DNA of 64,000 nucleotides from Roseibacillus sp. (lineage in GTDB: Bacteria; Verrucomicrobiota; Verrucomicrobiia; Verrucomicrobiales; Akkermansiaceae), in NCBI GenBank assembly GCA_965242925.1, contig CBDEUM010000022.1, forward strand, positions 64,001-128,000. The letters run 5' to 3'. Of this stretch, positions 29,711-38,982 are shown one piece after another. Under the pieces are notes generated by a model. That model was given only the letters and a program-made list of their open reading frames with translations, was not told the origin of the DNA and ran no database searches. The translations under genes and the position numbers were made by a program. Each line of letters begins with the position of its first letter. Positions within the stretch are counted from its first letter, which is position 1.

Positions 29711-32020
29711 CTAAAACTTCAGCTGTAACTCGGCCGTAGCCACCGATGTCACATCCGGTCGTTCCTGCAGCGAGTTCCAGATGGCCTGCACACCCCGCTC
29801 CACCTTGCCCCGAAAGACCTCCCGGCCATCCGCCTTCACCACCACCGGCTGGTCCAGATCCAGCAACTGGTCGCTCAGGCGCAACTTGAGCTCCTTCCGG
29901 CCGCCCGCACTAAGGGTGATCTCCTGTCCCTTCACTTCCGCTTCCACCGTCTGCCCGCCCTTCGCCGTTCCCCTGGCTACAGCGAGCCAGTAAAACCGCT
30001 CGTGCGTGCGCCCACTCTGGTGCCACACGATTTTCTTCGGCCACGGATTGCGCGTCCTGGTGATCATCCACGGCAGAGCCTCACGATCATCACGATTCAT
30101 CCAGTGCCCATGCTGGGGATAGATCGTAACCTTGTGCTCGTAGCCCCCGGGATCCCCCTTGCGCAGGGCACCGAGTTTCTTTCCCCATTCGGCGGCCACC
30201 CTGTTCCGCCCGTAGGCCCCATCCTTGCCACCCATGAAGATCATGAAGGGCAGATTCCGCAGCCCAAGCGGGTTGGCATTGTTGGGATGCCCCGCCATCA
30301 TGGCGGCCGAGGCGAAGCGGTCCGCCATTCGCGGCGCAAGCTGGTAGACACCATCGCCACCGGCCGAGTAGCCCATGAGGTAGACCCGGTTCGCGTCGAC
30401 ACCGCGGGTTATCACGAAATTCTCGATCAAGCGGTCGAACAGGTCGTCAATATGCCCCTGGTGCCAGAGGTTCCAGGTATTGGTCGGCGCTCGCGGGGCC
30501 ACCACGACTCCCTCCTTTGGTTCGTAGAGTCGGATCTGGTTCTGCCACTGCTGCTCGTTGACCCGGGCCGGGGCTCCGCCGCCACCATGCATCGAGATCC
30601 AGAGGGAACGCTTCCCCTCAGGAACCTTTCCGAAGCTGCGCTCCAGGATCTTCATCTCCTTCCCGGCGGCCTTCACCACCTGGCCCTCCATCTCTGCCTT
30701 GCGCTCTTCCGCAAGTTCCTTGCGCAAAGTCTGCCAGATCAGAGTCCTCGCCTCCCCCGCATCCTTCCTGGAAAGGGCCCCTCCCGGGACCGAGAGATGA
30801 CGCTCCTCCGGCAGGAGCGCCAGCCACTGCCTGACCGCCTTGAGAGGCAAACTGTCCTTTCCCAGTTCGGACCAGACCAGGTCGATCGTTCCCTCCCCCT
30901 CCTTCACCGCCTTGAAGATTTCCCAGCGAACTTCCTCGCCGTACTTCACCCGCAGACGATACTCTGCCCCCGTTCTGATCCTGACTGCGGGCATGTCGTT
31001 GAGGTCAGTGGTCCCAGCCTTCGTGGTCACCATCTCCAGGACCTTCCCACTGCTGTTGAGCAGTTCCACCGTAGCCACCAGGCGCTCACCGCCCTGCTTC
31101 TCCCGCAACCGGAGGTAGACGGTGGCCTCCTTCGCCTTCTTTCCCTGGTCCTTTGCATACCGCCCGGTCACGTTGACAGCGGCCACCTCCTGGTTCTGGA
31201 GATCCCACACCATCGGGAAGTGCGCACCCGTCTTCTTCCACGAGGTGGCCCAGATCGCATGACGCCAGTCCTCCGCGATGGCCTTGGAAGCATCCCCCAC
31301 GAACCAGGCACGGTTCAACCCGGCATTGCTGTACTCGTCCGCCCCGGTGAAGTGCCAGGTCCCGGAATCGTAAACCTCAACCCAGGTGTGATTGCCTCGC
31401 TTGTTACTCCACAGGGCGGTCCCGGCCACCCGGGCGGGCACGCCCACCGAACGACAGGCGTCCACCATGATGATCGAGAGTCCGGTACAGGTGGCCTTAC
31501 CCAGTTCAATCGACTCGGAGGGACTCTGGTTGGGCTCCTTCCGGCCCGTGTTGTAATGCACCTTGATGAGCTTGAAGAAGTCCTTGTTGATGGCCTGGGC
31601 TGCTTCCGTGGTCGTCCTGCAGTCCTTCACCAGCTCTGCGCACTTCCCGTAGAAGTCCGCCCGCCACGCCTCGCGGGTCTCATCGAGAGAAGCGTAGGGC
31701 ACCACATCGTTGAAGAAGACCTCCTCCGGCAATCCCTTCACCCACGGGAATTCCTCCCGCGCCTTGAGCGCCAGGCCCAGGTTATCCAGCAGGAATTCGC
31801 TCTTAAGCCCCTTCAGGTCCACCGCCGACATGCCTTCCACGAGGTAAACCGCCGCTTTCTCACCAAACTCGCCATGCTTCTCACGGGCCGTTTTCACGAA
31901 ACCCGAGATTTCCGCCGCGTTGCCTTCTGCAACCGCGAGGCGTTTCTCCCACTCTGCTTCCCCCCAGCCGGGCCCAATCGAGAGAAACCCCGCCAGAACG
32001 AAGATTGCCAGATTCTTCAT
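29711..32020 (-). CDS. Secreted transglutaminase-like domain plus C-terminal alpha/beta-hydrolase (esterase/depolymerase-like)
   Basis: ATCTGLSI...RSVGVPAR...NHTWVEV...GAD (Cys-His-Asp); MHGGGG and GYSAGG; signal peptide. Confidence 0.78.
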   Translation of the reverse strand: MKNLAIFVLAGFLSIGPGWGEAEWEKRLAVAEGNAAEISGFVKTAREKHGEFGEKAAVYLVEGMSAVDLKGLKSEFLLDNLGLALKAREEFPWVKGLPEEVFFNDVVPYASLDETREAWRADFYGKCAELVKDCRTTTEAAQAINKDFFKLIKVHYNTGRKEPNQSPSESIELGKATCTGLSIIMVDACRSVGVPARVAGTALWSNKRGNHTWVEVYDSGTWHFTGADEYSNAGLNRAWFVGDASKAIAEDWRHAIWATSWKKTGAHFPMVWDLQNQEVAAVNVTGRYAKDQGKKAKEATVYLRLREKQGGERLVATVELLNSSGKVLEMVTTKAGTTDLNDMPAVRIRTGAEYRLRVKYGEEVRWEIFKAVKEGEGTIDLVWSELGKDSLPLKAVRQWLALLPEERHLSVPGGALSRKDAGEARTLIWQTLRKELAEERKAEMEGQVVKAAGKEMKILERSFGKVPEGKRSLWISMHGGGGAPARVNEQQWQNQIRLYEPKEGVVVAPRAPTNTWNLWHQGHIDDLFDRLIENFVITRGVDANRVYLMGYSAGGDGVYQLAPRMADRFASAAMMAGHPNNANPLGLRNLPFMIFMGGKDGAYGRNRVAAEWGKKLGALRKGDPGGYEHKVTIYPQHGHWMNRDDREALPWMITRTRNPWPKKIVWHQSGRTHERFYWLAVARGTAKGGQTVEAEVKGQEITLSAGGRKELKLRLSDQLLDLDQPVVVKADGREVFRGKVERGVQAIWNSLQERPDVTSVATAELQLKF

Positions 32021-32026
32021 GGTGCG

Positions 32027-32054
32027 AACCTAGCGGCTGGGAGGACGCGGGCAA
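32027..32054 (-). promoter_or_regulatory. Putative leaderless-type promoter TTGCCC-N16-TAGGTT-N6-ATG(32020)
   Basis: Hexamers read directly from the minus strand; no SD motif before the ATG. Confidence 0.5.
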
Positions 32055-32095
32055 GAACCTAAGGATCCCGTCTCCCCGTCAGACCTCAGTCAACT

Positions 32096-33583
32096 TCACT
32101 CCTTCCCCGCATCCTTCCGCTGCTGGATGAGGAACTCAAGCCGTCGAAGTTCCTCTCCCACCTCGCGCAGGTCGGCGGTGGCAAGATCATAGGAAGCCTT
32201 GGCCGCCCCAAGGGCCTCCACGGCTTTCCTGGAGGCCGCGTCGTCCTTCTCCTTCTGGACCTTCGCCTGGACAACTCGTTCTTCCGCCGTGCGCACCAGG
32301 CGCTGGGTGGCCTTGACGCGCCCCTCATGACGCCGCTGGATGGCACGCGCCTGGTTGACAATGCGCTCCGCATTCTGCTTTAGCCGTTCCGCATTGCGGA
32401 CCTGCTGTTCCCAGTTCCGCCGCTGGGCCGCATCCTCGCGTGGAATGGCATCTCCCCTCTTCCTTGTTTCCTCGATCTTCTGCTCCGCCTGCTTTACCGC
32501 CTCCAATTTTTTCTCGATGTCCTCGGCGGCCCGCTGGACCATCCTTTCATCCTGCTCCACCCGCCGGGACTTCTCCTTCACCTGTGCCTGCATGCGGGCC
32601 ACGTTGCCCACCCCACGGGCGGCACCAGCCTTCAAGCGGGTGGCAATCTGCTGGGCCCGGATCCATTCCGCCTTGGCCTCGTTCATGGCTGCTTCCCGTC
32701 GGGTCCGTTCCTCGCTCATCCCGGCAAGAGCCCCGGCAAACTCTGCGGGGGTGGCCTTCTCGCCCAGGGCTGCCGCAGCCAGTGGCCGTTCCGGCTCAAG
32801 GGAGAGCCAGCGGGAACGGAATAATTCCATCAGGGGCTGCGCGCTCTCCTTCCGGATTCCCGAGAGCTCGTCCCTTCCTATGCGAAAATCGCGATAGGGC
32901 GAGTGCGGCAGGATCACGCCACCCTCTGCAAGAAGGATCTCCCTGCACCGCAGTCGCGACCCATCGGCCAGAAAGAGCGACCAACCCTCCAACACTCCGG
33001 TCACGGGCGCCCGCAGGACCACTGCCATCGCTTCCGTCCGCACCGAAAAGGACTTCCGCCCCAGGAGGAGGGACTCGACAGTCACCCGCCCCTCTGCCAA
33101 TCCGACCACGCGACCTTCCATGAAATCGCCGTCACGCAGGAAAACGCCCTGCCGGTCGAAACGCAGCGCCGCGGCGTCCCGCGATCGCAGGGGCTGAAAG
33201 AAAAGGGCGGTGGTATTCTGCCTGGTCAGCAGCAGGGTTTCATCCTGCGGTGCGAAGGTCACTACCTTCCCGTCCATCTTCACCGCCGCCCGGGCCAGGA
33301 AACTGCCATTGGTGGTAAGCACTCCGGTTCCACCGATGCGCCACTGCTGGTCCTCGCCCTTGAGATCCAGGGAGGCAAGGTCTGTCAGCGCAATACGCGC
33401 CCTTTCACCAACCTCGCTCACCACCTCGACGGCATCGCCGCCCTGAAAAATAACCGTCCCTTTTCTCGTCTCCCCCTTGGTGGTGGTCACCACATCAGCC
33501 CATGCCCCGGCGGACAGCCCCAACAGCGCCACCACCACGGAAGCGAACCTCACCCTCGCTGGCGCTTTCTGGGACAAGCTCAT
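32096..33583 (-). CDS. Secreted hypothetical protein with repeated small beta modules and a long C-terminal coiled coil
   Basis: Signal peptide; modules such as LRDGDFMEGRVVG; an R/E/Q/A-rich helical C-terminal region of about 200 aa. Confidence 0.7.
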   Translation of the reverse strand: MSLSQKAPARVRFASVVVALLGLSAGAWADVVTTTKGETRKGTVIFQGGDAVEVVSEVGERARIALTDLASLDLKGEDQQWRIGGTGVLTTNGSFLARAAVKMDGKVVTFAPQDETLLLTRQNTTALFFQPLRSRDAAALRFDRQGVFLRDGDFMEGRVVGLAEGRVTVESLLLGRKSFSVRTEAMAVVLRAPVTGVLEGWSLFLADGSRLRCREILLAEGGVILPHSPYRDFRIGRDELSGIRKESAQPLMELFRSRWLSLEPERPLAAAALGEKATPAEFAGALAGMSEERTRREAAMNEAKAEWIRAQQIATRLKAGAARGVGNVARMQAQVKEKSRRVEQDERMVQRAAEDIEKKLEAVKQAEQKIEETRKRGDAIPREDAAQRRNWEQQVRNAERLKQNAERIVNQARAIQRRHEGRVKATQRLVRTAEERVVQAKVQKEKDDAASRKAVEALGAAKASYDLATADLREVGEELRRLEFLIQQRKDAGKE

Positions 33584-34017
33584 TTTTGTTCCTTCTCAAT
33601 CAAGACAATATACTGCCTGCCCTCCTGCTCAAGCTGTTCAGCCGATTTTGATCTCTGCCGCCGGGACCAGGACCACCAGAGATTCATGTAGTAGAGCATC
33701 ATGAATCCGATCAATCCGGAAAAGGCGGCAAAAAGCAGGGAAGGTGCCACGAAGTCACCTCCAATTACAATCCCGACGATTAGCGCCACCAAGGTGAGCC
33801 CCAGAAGACCAACCATCACCGGTTTGGTCCTGGCTGGATTGAACATCGAAGACTGACAACGCACACAACTCATCTTCTCATACGTATCATCACTGTTGGC
33901 CCTGTAGGTTCTCCAAGTGAGGTGATCAAATTCATTATGGGCCTTGCACCGGTAGCACCAGTATCTCTTGGAGTCCGGCACAAGCGGGCTCCTCTCGAGT
34001 GGCTCCTCTCCGGTCAT
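33580..34017 (-). CDS. Small membrane protein with a zinc-ribbon-like N-terminus
   Basis: CYRC...CVRC, then two TM helices; 4-bp overlap with the downstream gene; start at ATG 34017 supported by an adjacent promoter motif. Confidence 0.65.
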   Translation of the reverse strand: MTGEEPLERSPLVPDSKRYWCYRCKAHNEFDHLTWRTYRANSDDTYEKMSCVRCQSSMFNPARTKPVMVGLLGLTLVALIVGIVIGGDFVAPSLLFAAFSGLIGFMMLYYMNLWWSWSRRQRSKSAEQLEQEGRQYIVLIEKEQK

Positions 34018-34025
34018 TCCAACCC

Positions 34026-34054
34026 ACTCTAACGAACCGCCCCCCACGGGGCAA
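34026..34054 (-). promoter_or_regulatory. Putative leaderless-type promoter TTGCCC-N17-TAGAGT-N8-ATG(34017)
   Basis: Canonical 17-nt spacing, read directly from the minus strand. Confidence 0.55.
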
Positions 34055-34094
34055 CTCCCAGCCTCCATTTCCATCAGCAGGTCCCGGGAGACCG

Positions 34095-37000
34095 CTACCT
34101 GCCCTCCGCCTGCAGCTTCTGCACCATTTCAAGGGCCTTGCGAGCCGGTTCGAGATCCGGTTCCAGCTTCAGCGCCTCCTCCAGCATGCCCGCCGCCGCT
34201 CCCAGGTTCCCGTAACTCGCCAGCATGGTCCCGTAATCAAGATAGAACTCCGCCTGCGGTTCGAGGGCGAGGGCGCGCTCGAAGTGTGCCGCCGCCCGTT
34301 CCGCCTGCCGTTGCGCCTTGTATTTTTTCCCCCTCTCGTGGTGTCGGCGGGCGATCCCAGATTCGAGAGCCACCCGCCGACTGCCACTCGCCTGCTCATG
34401 GGCGGCTTCCAGGAAATAGAGCGCCTCTTCCGGAAGGCGCTCCTCGAATTGCCGTGCCATGAATTCCAACGCGTAGACCGGATCCACCGGCTTGGTAAAC
34501 CATCGCCCTGCCAGCGGAGGGGCCCAGGTGTGCCACCTCTCTCCATCCGCCGCACGAAGCGCCTTCAAATCCGCCTCGATGACAGCCGCCTCGAGCGATC
34601 CGCGGTAGATTCCCATCACTTCCCCCCCGCCCCCGCAGAGGAAGGCCATCGGAACGGTCATGGGAACGCTCACATCAAAGAGGGCCCGCTGAAATTCGTG
34701 CAGAGAGGCCAGCGAGGAACCCTCGAGGCTTCCCCACTCAAAGGGCCAACGCACTTCCTCCATCACGCCTGCTGCCTTCTCGCGTAATTCTTCTCCGTCC
34801 ACGTTGAGAGCGACAACCAGCGGCAACCCCATCACCCGATACATCCCAGCCGCCCGGGCCATGAGTCCCAACTCGCGCCTCGAAACCGGACAGTCCGCCG
34901 ACCAGAGCACAACCAGCTGGGGCGCCCCCTGGCCCATGAGCAGTCCCGGCTCTCCATCCGCACTCCTGAAGTCCAAAGGCGGGAGCAGAATCCTGGCCGG
35001 AGGGTTGATTCGGGCGGTGTCATCCCGACCTGCCAGAGACGGCGTCGCCGGAGTGGTCGCAATCGATCGGGGCGCTCTCTCTACCGGCACAGCCCCGCCA
35101 CTACCCTGCTTCAGGCGAAAGGCTCCCCCTGCCCCCAATCCTCCAAATTCCTCCACCTTGCCTCCCGGCCAGATCACCCGTGCCCTGCTCACCTTCCCGG
35201 GCTGTCCCAGTCCGAAATGCAGCCAGCGACTCGACTGCGACAGGAACAGATCCCCCGCCCGGACGGACCTGACGGATCGCACAGTCCCCGCCGCTCCCCC
35301 CGCCATCAGTTCGACCACCGCGCCAATGGCATTACGGTTGCACTCGCTGCCCTCAAGAAGCAGGGCCACAGAATCCCCCGTGTGTGTCGAGTTGTGTGAA
35401 TTCAGCATCAATCGCAGGCGGGGCGCGGTCCGGTCACGATACCAGAGGTCCAGATCGCCGTCCTGGTCCCAGTCCACCACCGCAAGCGCCCGTCCGTCGC
35501 CATCCTGATCCAGTCCGATTACCGAAGACACATCGGCAAATCCCCCCACCCGGTCGTTGAGAAGGCACCGGTTGCGTTCGCGTCCGCTCCACGAGCGCCC
35601 GTCCCGCACCATCTGCAGGAGAGCCGTCCAGGCATTGCCATAGATTCGAGGGTCGGCCTGCTGCTTCGGCGACACGACCTGCCGCCAGAAGAAACTTCAC
35701 AGATCATCAGGCTCCCGACCGGTGAGGAACCCGTTTGAAATCACCAGGTCCTCCCATCCATCGTTGTTGAGATCCCCGAAACCCGAACTCCAGGCCCACT
35801 GGCCCAGATGACTCCGGGTCGCTTCACTCACATCCTGGAATTTAGTTCCCTTCTCGCCCTGACCTCCCGCAAAGAGCGAATTTCCCCGGGCCATCCTCCG
35901 CAGATCTCCCACCAGCGCGGCATCGGCACCCTCCTTGAAGAACTCCTGCCGGCTCACCCGGTTCCCCGCCGCCGAAAACATGTTTCCCACGTAAAGGTCC
36001 GGGGCTCCGTCCCGGTTATAGTCGCCCCACGCCACCGACATTCCGGACGCCATATCCTCCAACTGCAACGCACCCGCAATTTGCCGGAAGTGCCCCCCCT
36101 CATTCCGGTAGAAGCAATTCCGACCGAAATCGTTGGCCACATAGAGATCCGGGTCGCCATCCCGGTCGTAGTCCTCCCAGGCCGCTCCAAAACTCCACCG
36201 GGTATTGTCGACGCCCAGGCCCACTGCTTCCGTGGCATCCGCAAACCCGAACATCCCGAGGTTTTTCAACAGGACGTTGCGCCCACCGTTCTCAGCATCA
36301 TTAAAGGGGAGAGGGGCTCTCACCTCGAATCCCCGCCGTTCCGCGTTGTCCCCCGCACTGTAGACACAGACATAAATATCCAGCAATCCGTCACTGTCGA
36401 AATCGGCCGCGCTCAGGGAGAAGGGATAACGCGCGCCCGGATGGCCACCCCGCAGGCTGAAAATTCCAGTGCCGTCGTTCTCCAGGAAGACGACCATTGC
36501 GATGGTTGCTACCACCAGGTCCTCGTCCCCGTCATTGTCGAGATCGACCAGCAGCGCGCTTCGTGAATCTTCCAGCCAGTTCACTCCCGCTTCGGCCGAG
36601 GTCTCCTCCACCGTGCCATCGGGCTGCTGGACATACAGCCGGTTCGGCAGACTTCCCGCGTCACAGACGTAGAGGTCCTCAAGTCCATCCCCATTGACGT
36701 CTCCCACCGCCAGTCCGTGATGCCCTGTCAGCGAAAAATCTCCCAGTCGTGTCAGCCTGGTGGCCCAGTCCCCGGTTCCCCGCAGAACCTGCTCACGGTA
36801 ATGGGGCGTCCCGCCCAGCACGACCGGCCCAACATCGACGAATCCCTGTCCCGGCTTTCTAACCAGGGACTCTTCATAGTGCCGCACCTGGAGAGATGCC
36901 AGCCGCGGAGGATCCTCCAGGGTCCAGCGAGTATACCACGAGGTAGTGACCTGGCGACGGAAGACTCCATCCGCTTCCCCGCTTCTCAACTCCACCATCA

Positions 37001-37619
37001 CCTCCGCGGAAAACCCTGAATCAAGTTCCTGCCCCGCCAGCACCTTGACCGACATGTCGGGAACCACGTCCGGAGCCCCCTTCCCCAACCAGTCAGCGCG
37101 GGTTGCCGCAAAGCCCTCCCACCCGTGATGGCTCTCCGCGTCGACAAGGGACTCCTCCGGGCGCAGGAACTGAATACCCCCGTGATTCTCCACCTCTTTG
37201 AGTCTGGCGGGACGCAGATCCGAACAGACGAAACTCTCCGCCAGCATTCCTGCCTCACCTGAAGCAAATAAGGCGTGCAACCTCCGGACCACCGCCGCGC
37301 TTCGGTTCTCGGATTCCCATTCCCTCCCCGGTTCCAGCTTCTCCAGCTCGGCCTCGATTCCCCCGGGTTCCGGGCGCCGCGAGCTCTGAACGGGGGTCCC
37401 CGCCACCACCCGCAGCACTCCCGATTCCTTGCCTCCCGGGCTTTCCCCCCGAACCTGGAGGGCCACCAACTCATCATCAAGGTCCAATGGCAGAGGCCTG
37501 GAATCACTCACCCCCGACTCCTGCAGAGGATCCCGGCCGGACGCCTCCTTCCTGTCACACCCCCCCAGACCCCACCCCAGCACACTTGTGGCGAAGACGA
37601 GAAAGAGACGAGCCGACAT
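34095..37619 (-). CDS. FG-GAP/VCBS (CRTAC1-like) + ASPIC/UnbV + redoxin-like + TPR lipoprotein with an in-frame TGA at 35697-35699 (candidate selenoprotein, ~1174 aa)
   Basis: ORFs 35697-37673 and 34095-35675 share a frame and are separated by one TGA (DDL*SFFWRQVVSP). FG-GAP repeats occur on both sides (GDLNNDGWEDL before, VDWDQDGDLDL after). Lipobox-like LGGC; LSQSSRWLHFGLG (UnbV); LWSADCPVS; C-terminal TPRs; SECIS-like hairpin directly after the TGA. Confidence 0.75.
35664..35699 (-). promoter_or_regulatory. UGA followed by a bacterial SECIS-like stem-loop
   Basis: mRNA reads UGA-AGUUU-CUUC-U-GGCGGCA-GGUCG-UGUCGCC-GAAG: a 4-bp lower stem, a bulged U, a 7-bp upper stem and a 5-nt loop beginning GG, with 17 nt between the UGA and the loop. 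Confidence 0.7.
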
Positions 37620-37641
37620 CGGACGGAACAATCGTTTTTTC

Positions 37642-38982
37642 CTACAACGCGAGTGCCTCCCTGGCCTCTGCAAAAGCCCCGGCTGGAACTCCCATCCGCT
37701 GCATCATGGCGAGGTGGAGGCGCGACATGGACGTAGCACGCCAGGGCTTGAGATAACGTCCGGTCCTGAGCGTTCCATCTCCTCCACCTGCGAGCAGCAC
37801 AGGCAGATCCTTTTCCGCATGCTCATCTCCGTCAGCAATGCTCGACCCGTAGACAATCATCGAGCGCTCCAGCACACTCACCCCGTCTCCATCCTTGAGC
37901 TCCTTGAGCCGATCCAGGAACCAGGCCAATTGGGCGTGATGCCAACTGGTCACCTCGTTATACTGTTCCTTCTTGCTACGGACGCTGTCCCACTCCGTGA
38001 TCCCGTCGTCGTCTTCCGTCCGCCCACTGGCATTCTTCCAGTGTGAAAGGGCATGCCAGGTCCCCTTTACACCGGGCAGAAAGTTGAAGTAGCGGTTGCT
38101 CTGCCCGTGATCCAGCATGCAGGTCGAGACCCGCGTCGCCCCGGACCAGAATGCCAGGGCCATCAAGTCGAGCAATTGCCGCACATACTCCTCATGGCTG
38201 GCCGGGATTCCCGGCTTGGGACGTCTCAGGGTATCGGTCAGCGCATTATCCGCTCCGAGGCGTCTGCTCTGTTCCTCCGCAAAGGCAAGGCGCTTTTCGA
38301 TCGCCCGCACCGCCTCGAGATACTCGTCTATCTTCCGTTGGTCAGCCCCGCTGGCACGGCGTTTGAGATCCTTCGACTGGGCCAGGACCTGATCGATTAC
38401 GCTCTTGTCCACGAACCCTTCCTTCGCCTTCCGGAAAAGCTTGTCAAAGATGGCTCGCGGAACCGTCTCACGCACCGCAGGCACGTCGCGTGCCGTCCAC
38501 GACAGGCAGTTGCGGGAAAGACTTCCAGAAAAACTACCCTCTCCTGCAGTGCTCATTTCGAGAGACGGGAGGGGCGAACCGTCAGACAGGTGACGCGCCA
38601 CCAGTTGATCAACCGAGGGCCCACCCACGTCATTCCTCCGCCGGTCATAGGACCCGCCGGTGAGCCAGGTCGCCGTCCCCGCTCCATGCCCGTTGCCCCG
38701 GGGAGTCCACAGGTTCCGGGTCACGATCAGATCTTCCTTGTGATCCTCCAACGGGGCCATCCATTCATTAAGTTGCTCGAGTTTACCGTCGGATCCGACC
38801 TTGCGGGGAGTCCAGGAACCCTTGGACGAGCCGTTGGGAAAGTAGAGGTAGGCCAACCGCGTGGCCGAATCAGATCCGCCTGCCGCTGCCGGGACGGGCG
38901 CTCCCAGACTCTCCAGAGTGGGCAGGAATAGACAGGCTCCAGCTCCCCGCAGGAAGGCGCGCCGGTTGGAGGGCAGATTCAT
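37642..38982 (-). CDS. DUF1552 (HXXSHH) family protein with Tat signal
   Basis: NRRAFLRGAGACLFLPTLESL, YLYFPNG, SVDQLVA, KIDEYLEAVRAIEKR, WHALSHW and LPVLLAG motifs. Confidence 0.88.
   Translation of the reverse strand: MNLPSNRRAFLRGAGACLFLPTLESLGAPVPAAAGGSDSATRLAYLYFPNGSSKGSWTPRKVGSDGKLEQLNEWMAPLEDHKEDLIVTRNLWTPRGNGHGAGTATWLTGGSYDRRRNDVGGPSVDQLVARHLSDGSPLPSLEMSTAGEGSFSGSLSRNCLSWTARDVPAVRETVPRAIFDKLFRKAKEGFVDKSVIDQVLAQSKDLKRRASGADQRKIDEYLEAVRAIEKRLAFAEEQSRRLGADNALTDTLRRPKPGIPASHEEYVRQLLDLMALAFWSGATRVSTCMLDHGQSNRYFNFLPGVKGTWHALSHWKNASGRTEDDDGITEWDSVRSKKEQYNEVTSWHHAQLAWFLDRLKELKDGDGVSVLERSMIVYGSSIADGDEHAEKDLPVLLAGGGDGTLRTGRYLKPWRATSMSRLHLAMMQRMGVPAGAFAEAREALAL

Noticed and set aside
30002..32062. 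686-aa plus-strand ORF, and similar long antisense ORFs (1681-3084, 8763-9950, 10098-11333, 11358-12530, 24452-25552, 40152-41288, 43149-44300, 45087-46538)
   Set aside because: Each lies opposite a gene with clear family motifs and has no motifs of its own. Such shadow ORFs are expected from high-GC codon bias.
32020..32098. Same-frame neighbours 32096-33583 and 29711-32020 separated by TGA
   Set aside because: A second stop follows two codons later (TGA AGT TGA), and the downstream gene has its own promoter motif and signal peptide.
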